The translations under genes and the position numbers were made by a program. Positions 17,886 through 26,545 of a DNA stretch of 64,000 nucleotides are shown here, in pieces. The stretch is taken from NCBI GenBank assembly GCA_002439805.1, contig DJPQ01000002.1, positions 2,448 to 66,447 of the forward strand. The letters run 5' to 3'. The notes beneath the pieces are model-generated. The model made no database searches, had not been told where the DNA came from, and saw only the letters and a list, made by a program, of their open reading frames with translations. The stretch's first letter is position 1, and the number at the start of each line of letters is the position of its first letter. The DNA comes from Bacteroidales bacterium UBA6408 (lineage in GTDB: Bacteria > Bacteroidota > Bacteroidia > Bacteroidales > UBA932).

Positions 17886-19217
17886 ATGAGAAAGGGATAT
17901 ATTTTTATGGCTGCGGCGACGGCCGCAGTGCTTTCTTTCGGAAATGAGGCCCGCGCCCAGTACTTCGACACGGACGAGATTGTTGAAGAGGCCGGCGACG
18001 TACAGCCGGCGGACAGCATCATATCCAAGGAAGACAGCATCGAGAATGTCTTCCGCGCTGACAGCATTCAGGGGCAGCACACGCTCGACAGTCTCCTGCT
18101 CGCTTTTTATGGGAAGAACCGGCAGCTGGAATTTGCCGCGCTGAACGATCTGGACACTGCGGCCGTGCGATACACATCTCAGGTTCCCGATTCGGTGTTC
18201 GTCCGCAGACTCAGCGACATCCAGTCATTCATCCCGCTGTCCTACAACGACATAGTCAAGAACTACATAATCCTCTATTCTGAAAGGATGCCGCAGCAGA
18301 TGGGAAGGGTCATCGGTTTGGGCAACTACTATTTTCCTATCTTTCAGGAGACATTCAACCACTACGACATCCCGGAGGAACTCCGTGCGATGGCCGTAAT
18401 CGAGTCGCTGCTCAAGTATGACGCGATGTCGCGGGTCGGGGCGCGCGGAATGTGGCAGTTCATGTACTACACTGCCAAGAAATACGGTCTGGTCATCAAC
18501 TCCTTTGTCGATGAGCGCCTCGACCCCGTGAAGGCCGTTGACGCTGCGGCGCGATACCTCAAGGACTCATACGAGATTTTCGGGGACTGGTCACTCGCAA
18601 TCGCGTCCTACAACTGCGGCCCGGGAAACGTGAACAAGGCGATCAAACGTTCAGGCAAAAGGGATTTCTGGGACATCTACCACTACCTCCCGCGCGAGAC
18701 AAGGGGATATGTGCCGGCGTTCACCGGTGCTCTCTATGCGCTCACCTACTATAAGGAATGCGGAATCACTCCGGAGGAAGTTAATATGCCGACGCAGATC
18801 GACACCTTCCACGTAAACAGGATGCTGCACTTCAAGCAGGTGAGCGAGCTTACAGGGGTTCCCATGGATGTGCTGAAGGTTCTGAATCCGCAATACACCC
18901 ACGAAATCATCCCCGGGAGCGCCGCCCGGACATGGATTCTGCGCCTGCCGGCCGACTACACGGGCAGTTTTATAGCCGTAGAGGGCAATGTTCACCTTCA
19001 CAAGGCCGACACGCTGCTGAATCCGGTGACAATCAAGAAGATAAAGGACGGAGGAGACGGTCAGAGAATCGCCTATAAGGTCAAGAAGGGCGACTATCTC
19101 GGAAAGATTGCGTCCAAGTACCATTGTTCTGTGAGGCAGATTCAGAAATGGAATCACCTGAAGGGAACAAACATCCGTGAGGGACAGACCCTGTATATAT
19201 ATCGCGGCGGGAGATAA
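17886..19217 (+). CDS. lytic murein transglycosylase (MltD-like) with C-terminal LysM domain
   Basis: SLT-type catalytic region (AVIESLLKYDAMSRVGARGMWQFMYYTAKKYGL; AIASYNCGPGNV). LysM at YKVKKGDYLGKIASKYHCSVRQIQKWNHL. Confidence 0.82.
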   Translation: MRKGYIFMAAATAAVLSFGNEARAQYFDTDEIVEEAGDVQPADSIISKEDSIENVFRADSIQGQHTLDSLLLAFYGKNRQLEFAALNDLDTAAVRYTSQVPDSVFVRRLSDIQSFIPLSYNDIVKNYIILYSERMPQQMGRVIGLGNYYFPIFQETFNHYDIPEELRAMAVIESLLKYDAMSRVGARGMWQFMYYTAKKYGLVINSFVDERLDPVKAVDAAARYLKDSYEIFGDWSLAIASYNCGPGNVNKAIKRSGKRDFWDIYHYLPRETRGYVPAFTGALYALTYYKECGITPEEVNMPTQIDTFHVNRMLHFKQVSELTGVPMDVLKVLNPQYTHEIIPGSAARTWILRLPADYTGSFIAVEGNVHLHKADTLLNPVTIKKIKDGGDGQRIAYKVKKGDYLGKIASKYHCSVRQIQKWNHLKGTNIREGQTLYIYRGGR

Positions 19218-19222
19218 CCCGC

Positions 19223-19254
19223 CACGACTTCCCCTATGATTAGGGGAAGTCGTG
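19223..19254. terminator. 13-bp perfect hairpin between convergent genes
   Basis: cacgacttcccct / aggggaagtcgtg with a 6-nt loop, 6 nt after the stop at 19217. No clear T-tract, so terminator function is inferred. Confidence 0.4.
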
Positions 19255-19409
19255 CTCCGTGCGCACCACCACACAATGCCCTCGCTTCGCTGTTCTCCGC
19301 ACGGCGCTCAAGCGCCTTTTCCCCTCAGATATATCATCCATAGAAGGCTTCCCGACCTCTCGAAACGCATCACCTGTCATCTCGAACGAAGTGAGAGATC
19401 TTTGCGCCG

Positions 19410-21116
19410 TTAAAACCTAATCGCCAGCATCATCCGAGCCTCAAGCCTGTCGGGCTTTCGGACGGAGGACAGCATGAATGGATAGGAGAAGTATGCAAGC
19501 CTGGCGGCAAGGCTGCCCCTGCGACAGAACTTCCATTGCACGAAAAAGGACCCCCACACTCCCCTGCCGTAAAATGCCGGTACATTGAACCGCCCGGGGA
19601 TGTCGTGTTCATAGACATAGAGCCTGCCCGCCCAGTCGTCAACGCTGAAAAGCCCCGCCCGGAGATATGTTGAGAGAATCCCGGAAATCCGGCAGCTCTC
19701 CTCAACGAAGGCCACCATCCCCCATTTGCCGCTGTGACTGAAGCTCACCGAAGCGGAGCTCGCCCAAATGCCGGCATAGCCTGCAGTCACCTCGCCCCGG
19801 CAGGTGAACACGCTGGCAGACAATCTGCTGATATTTATGTTTTCACGCAGACGCAGCGCGGCAAAAGACGATTCATTCCAGCGGAATTTGTAACGAGCAT
19901 CCACCCGCAGGTCATTCGTGCCTGACAGCCTGCCTCCCGCCGGCACAGCTTCACGGGACTTAGGGGCGACATGACGCAGCCGGAAGGACAGCGAGGCCGA
20001 ATGCCCGCTCCGGGCGGAGAACTCGGAAACAAGCAGGGCAATGTGCCGGGAAGGGCTGTAGCGCAACGAGACACCCGCCCTGAAATGTTCGGCAAGGCGC
20101 GGTGAAGTGGCCGACACGACCGCACGGAACGGCTGCCCTATGCCACCGGCAAGTTCCGAGGCAAGGTCGAAGCCGCTGAAACAGCCTCTGAAATCCACTG
20201 AAAAATCCGCCGTGCAGCGCCAAAGACCGCTTCCCTGCCGCCGGTTCTCCGCGTCGCCAATCCCCGACGACGGAACGCCCTCCACAACGGAGGTGAATCC
20301 GAACGAAAACCGCCGATGCCACCAGCTGCAGTTGAACAGCCCCTGAAGCCCGGCAATGTCCGTCTTTCCACGCGACGAGTTGATCTCCCCAATCAGCGCC
20401 TTTTTCATCCCCGGGACAACAGCCGCAACGGAAAATGTGACTGGTCCCGTGTCGAAGCTGCACCCGAGTCCCGTCTGCGCGTATTTCCCCGTCATCGAAC
20501 GCGAGGGCTTCATGCCGGTCGGACGGCGTATCAGCGAAGCGGCCGACGACGGGTCATCGAGGCTCATTGTGTTCCATGCCGCAAGTCCCTGCCCGAACCT
20601 CAGGTTGAAGTCCCCTACATATAGCCTCGCCTTTCTTCCGGGCAGCAGCAAGGCTGCCGAGAAAGACAGAGCGTCAAGCCTGCCTGTCCAGGTTCCGGCT
20701 CCGGCCGCCGATAGTTCAAATGTCTCGCCCTTTGAAATGCAGGAATGCAGCCCATAGACGGAAGTGCCGGCATAGAGCCTGCTTTCCAACGACCAATGCT
20801 CCCGAGGCGGCGAATTCCCGAATGTGACAAAGAATGCGAGAGCCTCGGCAATTTCGCGGTCGAAACCGTCAATCACGGAAAGTTCACTGCGGCTTAGCAC
20901 TGCCCCTGCGGAAGAAATGTAGTCCAGCAGCGACACTACCTGAAAATCCGAGAAAAGCCCGCTTTCGGTCAATGCACGCCGCGATGCGGAGTTGATATTC
21001 AGAGGGTGCCGGCTTCTCCATATGAGCCTCTCCATCTCGGAGTCCGTCACCTCCTCAGGGGAAACGGCTCCGACAATCAGCGCAATCGCCTCAATCAATG
21101 TCATCATCATATTCAT
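19410..21116 (-). CDS. helix-hairpin-helix domain protein with long beta-rich (outer-membrane-like) C-terminal region
   Basis: ComEA-like HhH segments (LNINSASRRALTESGLFSDFQVVSLLDY....LSRSELSVIDGF), then about 450 aa rich in alternating beta-strand-like sequence ending in F. Start set at MNMMMTLIEA (21116); 21203 is an alternative. Confidence 0.5.
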   Translation of the reverse strand: MNMMMTLIEAIALIVGAVSPEEVTDSEMERLIWRSRHPLNINSASRRALTESGLFSDFQVVSLLDYISSAGAVLSRSELSVIDGFDREIAEALAFFVTFGNSPPREHWSLESRLYAGTSVYGLHSCISKGETFELSAAGAGTWTGRLDALSFSAALLLPGRKARLYVGDFNLRFGQGLAAWNTMSLDDPSSAASLIRRPTGMKPSRSMTGKYAQTGLGCSFDTGPVTFSVAAVVPGMKKALIGEINSSRGKTDIAGLQGLFNCSWWHRRFSFGFTSVVEGVPSSGIGDAENRRQGSGLWRCTADFSVDFRGCFSGFDLASELAGGIGQPFRAVVSATSPRLAEHFRAGVSLRYSPSRHIALLVSEFSARSGHSASLSFRLRHVAPKSREAVPAGGRLSGTNDLRVDARYKFRWNESSFAALRLRENINISRLSASVFTCRGEVTAGYAGIWASSASVSFSHSGKWGMVAFVEESCRISGILSTYLRAGLFSVDDWAGRLYVYEHDIPGRFNVPAFYGRGVWGSFFVQWKFCRRGSLAARLAYFSYPFMLSSVRKPDRLEARMMLAIRF

Positions 21117-21260
21117 ATCCGTTCTCTGTCTCAACCGGACCCGGACAATCAATAGCCGGCGTTCGCGGTCGTCGGACGCAATGTTATGGATAATAGCCCG
21201 CAAATGTGTTGTATTTCAAAATTAAAACTCAAAATTTTTCTTTTTTTTAATGTTATTAAC

Positions 21261-21268
21261 TATTTTTG
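21261..21268 (+). promoter_or_regulatory. -7 promoter box (TATTTTTG) for hpt
   Basis: TAnnTTTG consensus, 19 nt upstream of the ATG at 21287. Confidence 0.4.
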
Positions 21269-21286
21269 CGGCTTGTTTTGAAATAT

Positions 21287-21829
21287 ATGAAAGAGGTTAA
21301 GGTTTGGGACAAGACTTTCGTCCCTTTCATCGGTCACGATGAACTTATGGGCTACATTGACAACGTCGCCGAAAAAATCAACAATGACTTTGAGGGAAGC
21401 ACAGACGTCCCGATTGTCCTCTGCATTCTGAACGGGGCCATTATGTTCACCGGGGAACTGATGCAGCGGCTGAACTTCCCCTGCCAGCTGGTTTCCACCA
21501 AGATGACTTCATACGTGGGGACATCCACGACCGGTGAGGTGCAGCAGACGATGCCGCTCACCGCATCGGTAAAGGGTCGCAGGGTCATCATCGCGGAGGA
21601 CATCATCGACACCGGTCTCACAATCAAGGCGATGAAGAAAATTCTTATCGGGGAAGGCGCAAAGGAGGTGAAAGTCTGCACCATGCTGTTCAAACCGGAG
21701 GCCTACCGCACTGGAGAGCCTATCGACTACATCGGCAAGGAGATTCCGAACCGCTTCATACTCGGTTTCGGCCTTGACTACAACGAGCTCGGCCGCAATC
21801 TCAGGGACATATATGTACTTGAAGACTAA
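21287..21829 (+). CDS. hpt: hypoxanthine phosphoribosyltransferase
   Basis: PRPP-binding motif VIIAEDIIDTGLT and LGFGLDYNELGRNL tail. Start at MKEVKVWDK (21287). Confidence 0.88.
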   Translation: MKEVKVWDKTFVPFIGHDELMGYIDNVAEKINNDFEGSTDVPIVLCILNGAIMFTGELMQRLNFPCQLVSTKMTSYVGTSTTGEVQQTMPLTASVKGRRVIIAEDIIDTGLTIKAMKKILIGEGAKEVKVCTMLFKPEAYRTGEPIDYIGKEIPNRFILGFGLDYNELGRNLRDIYVLED

Positions 21830-21884
21830 AAGCTTTTGTCCGCAGATTGCGACAACATACATATAATTAAAGGACACAAATATC

Positions 21885-22454
21885 ATGAAATACTATGTCT
21901 TGTTCGGTCCTCCGGGAGCCGGAAAGGGAACTCAGGCCAGCGCGATGGTAGAAAGATACAATCTGCATCACATCTCCACCGGGGCGCTTCTCCGGAAGGA
22001 AATTGCAGCCGGAACGGAGCTTGGCAAACAGGCCCGCGAAATCATAGACAGGGGGTGTCTGGTTCCCGACGAGGTGGTCGAGGCGATGATAGAATCGGAA
22101 TTCAACAATGTGAAGGGAGTCGACGGCTTCCTTCTCGACGGCTATCCGCGCACCCTCGAACAGGCCCGCTCGCTTGACAGACTGCTCGCCAAGAAAGGGG
22201 ACAAGCTCACGTCCGTGGTCTCAATCATGATTCCGGACGACATGATTTTCGACCGCATCCGCCATCGCGCCAAGATTGAAGGCCGCGAGGACGATGCCAG
22301 CGACGACATAATAGCCAACCGCATCTCCACTTACCACCAGAAGACCGAGCCCCTCGTCAACTTCTACAAGGATGCCGGCAAATACACCGAAATCGACGGC
22401 ACCGGCGCCATCGAGGATGTCCGCGCAAACATCTTCAGCGCCCTTGACATCTGA
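21885..22454 (+). CDS. adk: adenylate kinase
   Basis: P-loop LFGPPGAGKGTQ and GFLLDGYPRT; short LID type; 189 aa. Confidence 0.93.
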   Translation: MKYYVLFGPPGAGKGTQASAMVERYNLHHISTGALLRKEIAAGTELGKQAREIIDRGCLVPDEVVEAMIESEFNNVKGVDGFLLDGYPRTLEQARSLDRLLAKKGDKLTSVVSIMIPDDMIFDRIRHRAKIEGREDDASDDIIANRISTYHQKTEPLVNFYKDAGKYTEIDGTGAIEDVRANIFSALDI

Positions 22455-22469
22455 CACAATGCCACATGA

Positions 22470-22598
22470 GTCAGGCACTCCCAAGCAGGGTCGGTGGAAA
22501 ACACTCCCGTTGGTTCTCTTGACCTGTCCCGTTATCTCGGGACATGGTATGAAATCGCAAGGTTTGACCACTCAGAAGGGAGCCATTGTTCAATTTAA
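22470..22598 (+). pseudogene. bacterial lipocalin (Blc-like) gene fragment
   Basis: Open frame reads ..GSVENTPVGSLDLSRYLGTWYEIARFDHSEGSHCSI*. RYLGTWYEIARFDH is the hallmark first structurally conserved region of Blc-type lipocalins. There is no start or signal peptide, and the other roughly 130 aa are missing. Confidence 0.6.
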
Positions 22599-22610
22599 CA
22601 ATTTACGGCA

Positions 22611-22751
22611 ATGTCTTCTACAGAAGAAAAACTGACATTTGAGCAGATGCCACAAGCAGTATCTGAAATCAAGGCAGATACTGAAATCGACGGCTCTGGC
22701 ACAATCGACGAAGTTCGCGGCAATATATTCCGCACCCTCGACACGCACTGA
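22611..22751 (+). pseudogene. chimeric 46-codon ORF: excisionase/HTH-like N-terminal fragment fused to a diverged duplicate of the adk 3' end
   Basis: MSSTEEKLTFEQMPQAVSEIKADTEIDGSGTIDEVRGNIFRTLDTH*. The last 24 aa parallel the adk C-terminus (YTEIDGTGAIEDVRANIFSALDI*). The LTFEQMPQAVSEI pattern resembles N-termini of Bacteroides mobile-element HTH/excisionase proteins; that resemblance is from memory and untested. Confidence 0.5.
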
Positions 22752-22761
22752 CAAATATAGA

Positions 22762-22797
22762 CAAAACGGCAATAGAGATGGCTCTGTTGCCGTTTTG
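22762..22797. terminator. bidirectional hairpin terminator between the adk region and the convergent Sus-like operon
   Basis: Stem caaaacggcaa / ttgccgttttg, extendable through tagag/ctctg, followed by cattttt. Confidence 0.6.
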
Positions 22798-22814
22798 CAT
22801 TTTTAGTAGTTTCT

Positions 22815-24962
22815 TTACCTTGGGTTTAAATCTGCATTACAGACATAAACATCAGCATGTGTGTCCATTGAGGCCCTGTCTGTGATGCCGAACGGCTCCA
22901 AAGAGAGGGCGTTATAGGTCTTTGAGCCTACGCTCTGCCTCAAGTACGATGAGCCGGTGGCGTTCTCGGCGCTGAACAGCAGAAACTGGTAGCTGTTGAC
23001 AGCGGCGCTGGAGTAAGGACTTGGAGTCATGTGAATCACACCGTCGATGAAACCCAGGGAAATGCTGTTGGCGCCCCAGTAGATGGACAAGCCGTCCGAG
23101 AAACCGAGGGTGACATAGTTGCCTTTGTAGCGACCGAGTTTCTGCGGCTCAATTATGATCGAATGGCTTTCCGGATCGAAGTACGCTTTTACGTCAGGAG
23201 TAAAGTCGCTGGTGTTGGACAGGCCACTGATCGTGACATCGTTGCCACCGAGGCTGTAGATGTCCACTCGGAAGGACTCCTCTGATGACGAGGACGCACC
23301 GTCAACAGTTGCCGATGCCCTGAACGCTCCGATGAAATCCTCCACTGTCTTGCTCTGGTCGAAGTCCGCGGAAATGTACCCCTTTGTCGAGGCTGTCTTC
23401 CGGACAAATGTCGTGTCTCCAAACTCATTGACAACGCAGACGCACAAGGTGTATGCCGTGCCCTGCTTGAGGGTATTGAAGACAGTCGCAAAACCCTCGT
23501 CGGATCCGAGCTTCTGAACGAACTCCTCATTGACTTCATTGCCCCTTTCCCATGCAATCTCCGCCGCGCTCTGCCCAAGGTTCTTGACCATGTAGTCAAG
23601 ATAGTCAGCCCTCATGCAGAGGTACTTGAGAGACACTGCGTTGTCCGCCTGCATGTCCCAGAACAAGGTCGTGTAAGGGGAATGGAGAGCGTTGGACTCA
23701 TCCCTTCTCCATTCGAACTTGTTGACTTTCGGAAGGTACTTTCCGTCAGGATCACAAGTGAACCGCTGCATGTAAAGGACAGTGACGGTTGACGTGGAAT
23801 CGTAGGCGAGGGCCACGGCCGTGCAGTTCCCGGAGCCTACATTCCAGAGTTCGGAACTGTCATCGTACAAGGTGAGGACAGGAGTACTCCCCGATGTCTT
23901 GTCCTCAGAGAGCAGCCTCTTAATCTCTTCTTGGCGAGCAGGGTCATCGGTGATGTCACCGCTTACAACTGTCGCTTTGTAGAATTTGGCATATTCATTC
24001 TTGTAGAAAGATATCCTCGGCGCCTTGAATCCGGTCTCCGTAGTCTCGATGCCGTCGAAGGAGATTTCCACGACCGGAGTCTTGTCCTCGTTGCCGTCGA
24101 ACGTCAGGGTCTCATTGCCTTGGGCGAAATAGCCGGCGGAAACGTAGTAGATCAGGTAGAACGAGAATGTGCCTTCGCCGTCGTATGTGCATGGATAGGA
24201 GTTGTAGGCTGCCTTGCTGCCCGTGTACTCTGCCATGTCGGCGACTTTGACATATTCATTGTAGTTGGAGTTATAGTAGCCTATCGACTGTGCGGGCACG
24301 GTGCAGGAGTTGTCATCGTTGAGGATGAACTTGAAAGACACCCCGCTCGCCCAATCATTGACTCTGAATATGTTGGTCCCCACCGCTTTTTCGACTCCAA
24401 GTCCGGAGTCCCGTCCTGTGTAGAATGCGTTGTAGTGGTAGGTGGCGGTCTGCGGCACCTTGTCACCGCTCTCATCGGTTCTGTAGCAGGTCTCCCACTC
24501 AAGGGCATAGGAGACACTCAGCGTGATTTTGTCCGAGAACTGGGTGACGTACGCTCCGTTCCCGGTCTCCTCCTGACGGTCGGAGATGAGGATGGTGGCG
24601 TTCAGCGAGGAGCCGGCGAGAAGGCTTCCGAGGTTCACTTCGACGGGAACCTTCACCGAATAGCTTCCGTCAGGAATGGTGACGGTTTCCGGGACTGTGA
24701 AAGAGTCTTCGTTCTCTCCTTTCTTCCGGAGCCCAACGGACAGTTCTCCCTTGTCGCTCGGGCGAGCCAGATAAATCTCGATTGTGCCGGTCTCGGTTCC
24801 TTTCGGGAACTCCTTCGTCAGGGAAGACTGGATGAAATGGATTTCCTTGGCATCCTCGGAACCGGGACTATAGAGGATTCCGTTCTGCTCCTTGTCGCAA
24901 CCGGCCGCAAAAAACAGCAGCGAAGCGGCCGCCAGGCATGATATTTTTTTTGAATATTTCAT
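22815..24962 (-). CDS. PUL-associated surface lipoprotein, function unknown
   Basis: 715 aa with lipoprotein signal (LLFFAAGC-DKEQ) and acidic residues after the Cys. Last gene of the operon, directly downstream of the SusD-like gene. Confidence 0.6.
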   Translation of the reverse strand: MKYSKKISCLAAASLLFFAAGCDKEQNGILYSPGSEDAKEIHFIQSSLTKEFPKGTETGTIEIYLARPSDKGELSVGLRKKGENEDSFTVPETVTIPDGSYSVKVPVEVNLGSLLAGSSLNATILISDRQEETGNGAYVTQFSDKITLSVSYALEWETCYRTDESGDKVPQTATYHYNAFYTGRDSGLGVEKAVGTNIFRVNDWASGVSFKFILNDDNSCTVPAQSIGYYNSNYNEYVKVADMAEYTGSKAAYNSYPCTYDGEGTFSFYLIYYVSAGYFAQGNETLTFDGNEDKTPVVEISFDGIETTETGFKAPRISFYKNEYAKFYKATVVSGDITDDPARQEEIKRLLSEDKTSGSTPVLTLYDDSSELWNVGSGNCTAVALAYDSTSTVTVLYMQRFTCDPDGKYLPKVNKFEWRRDESNALHSPYTTLFWDMQADNAVSLKYLCMRADYLDYMVKNLGQSAAEIAWERGNEVNEEFVQKLGSDEGFATVFNTLKQGTAYTLCVCVVNEFGDTTFVRKTASTKGYISADFDQSKTVEDFIGAFRASATVDGASSSSEESFRVDIYSLGGNDVTISGLSNTSDFTPDVKAYFDPESHSIIIEPQKLGRYKGNYVTLGFSDGLSIYWGANSISLGFIDGVIHMTPSPYSSAAVNSYQFLLFSAENATGSSYLRQSVGSKTYNALSLEPFGITDRASMDTHADVYVCNADLNPR

Positions 24963-24977
24963 TTTTTCTAAATGCTA

Positions 24978-26534
24978 TCAAGGGTTCTGATCTTCTTCGT
25001 TGATGTTAGGATTGGCGTCGAGTTCGTCCTTAGGGATAGTCAGAACCCAATCGTAGGTGTCGGCATTGGTGAGGTTGATGCCGTTCCTCTTCATGGCAGA
25101 GATGCATTCCTCGGCGAATCCGTCTTCGGTGCGGCGGTCGATGCCCTGACCGGTGCGGCGCACATCAAAGACGCGGCCATACTCGCCCCAAAGTTCTACA
25201 CGCCTCTGAATCAAGATGTTCTCAAGCAAAGAACCGGTCCACGTCATTGTTGTCGCCCCGAGATGCGTGCCGGAATAGTTGTAGGCATTGTACTTCGGGT
25301 TCCTCTTGGCCATCACCTTGTTCATCAGGTCGCGTGCCTCGTCAGGATTCCCGAGCCTCAGCGCGGCCTCGGCGGCTGTGAAGTACATCTCCTCGACCCT
25401 CATGTAGATGTAATCACCGAGCCAAGACTGGACGTTGGAGAAAGCGAATTTCTTCGAGATGTATGGAGACTCCTTGTCGGTCGGATCCCACCATCCGAGT
25501 CGGATATCTCCTGAACCGATGTGGCTGTAAAGCTGCTTGTTGATCAGTTTGGGCGCGGACTTCGCATATGTACCGTCTATGTTGTCCATGTGCGTGAAGA
25601 ATCCGGCATAGGCTCCTGATTGCTCGGAAGTCTCGATTCCGGCCCCCCACATCACGTTTCCGTAACTGATGGAGTTCATGCCTCCCATAAGCTCGTTCTC
25701 GCCTCCAATTGTGTATGTCCCTTCATTAATGACACGGGACGCCGCCTTGTAGGCTCCATCCCAGTCACCTTCGGCCAGACAAGCGCGAGACTTGATGCCC
25801 AAAGCGACATATTCGTTGATGTGTGACTTGTTGCCTTTGTTCAGAGCTGAGGAGGCTCCCTTGGCAAGGCGCACGACGGCAGAATCAATGTCTGTGTCAA
25901 TCTGTTCGTAAACGGCCTCAAGCTTCTCCCTTGGCTTGCCTTCCGTGGCGATTGAGGTCGGCTCGGTATAAACCGGCACTCCCGGATCGCTCCAGCGGTA
26001 CCTGCCTGTCATCGGATTGTAGGGGGCTCTGGCGAACCATGTCACAAGGTTGAGATAGGAAAGTGCCCTGATGGCGTAAGCCTGTCCCACGACATATGAC
26101 ACATCTGCGGAGGAGCCGTTCATCGTTTCCTTTGCCGCGATGACACTGTTGGCGTTGGCGATCCACTTGTAGTTGGCGTACCAGACATCATAGGACCTGA
26201 ACGCCGAGGATGTGTACTGGTTCTTCATGTTATAGACATGATCGTACCAGAACCATCCGTTACCCTGGGACTGCATGATCAGGTCGTCCCCCATCACCTC
26301 CTGGGCGAGGTTGTAGGCGGCAATGCCGAAGCACTGGTGTGTGTTGCCGGTAGTTGACCATCCGGCCGTCCACATCGAACGGTAGATTCCGTTGATGGAG
26401 GTGATTGCTGTGGAGGCCTCCTTAAGAAGTTCCTCACCAGAGCCGGAATCCGTCGGGTTGAACTCAAGCATGTCGCTGTCGCAGGAAACGGCAGCGATGG
26501 CGAATGCCGCAAGAATATATAGTTTCTTTCTCAT
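24978..26534 (-). CDS. SusD/RagB family nutrient-binding outer-membrane lipoprotein
   Basis: 518 aa with lipobox AAVSC-DSD and TPR-like SusD features (YFTAAEAALRLGN, ENILIQRRVELWGEYGRVFDVRR). Located immediately downstream of the SusC-like gene. Confidence 0.9.
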   Translation of the reverse strand: MRKKLYILAAFAIAAVSCDSDMLEFNPTDSGSGEELLKEASTAITSINGIYRSMWTAGWSTTGNTHQCFGIAAYNLAQEVMGDDLIMQSQGNGWFWYDHVYNMKNQYTSSAFRSYDVWYANYKWIANANSVIAAKETMNGSSADVSYVVGQAYAIRALSYLNLVTWFARAPYNPMTGRYRWSDPGVPVYTEPTSIATEGKPREKLEAVYEQIDTDIDSAVVRLAKGASSALNKGNKSHINEYVALGIKSRACLAEGDWDGAYKAASRVINEGTYTIGGENELMGGMNSISYGNVMWGAGIETSEQSGAYAGFFTHMDNIDGTYAKSAPKLINKQLYSHIGSGDIRLGWWDPTDKESPYISKKFAFSNVQSWLGDYIYMRVEEMYFTAAEAALRLGNPDEARDLMNKVMAKRNPKYNAYNYSGTHLGATTMTWTGSLLENILIQRRVELWGEYGRVFDVRRTGQGIDRRTEDGFAEECISAMKRNGINLTNADTYDWVLTIPKDELDANPNINEEDQNP

Positions 26535-26545
26535 TGAATATCCTC

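Noticed and set aside
15611-18067. Long minus-strand ORFs (15611-16678, 16889-18067) across parA, parB and the DUF5683-like gene
   Set aside because: They are antisense to three well-supported, collinear plus-strand genes. Their composition is Arg/His/Val-rich and they carry no motifs.
19255-19409. GC-rich 155-nt convergent intergenic segment containing gtcatctcgaacgaagtgagagatc
   Set aside because: I checked for tRNA cloverleaf, CRISPR-like periodicity and inverted repeats and found no convincing structure beyond the hairpin at 19223-19254.
23931-24941. 336-aa plus-strand ORF inside the 715-aa lipoprotein gene
   Set aside because: It is antisense to an operon member that has a proper lipoprotein signal, and it has no start context or motifs.
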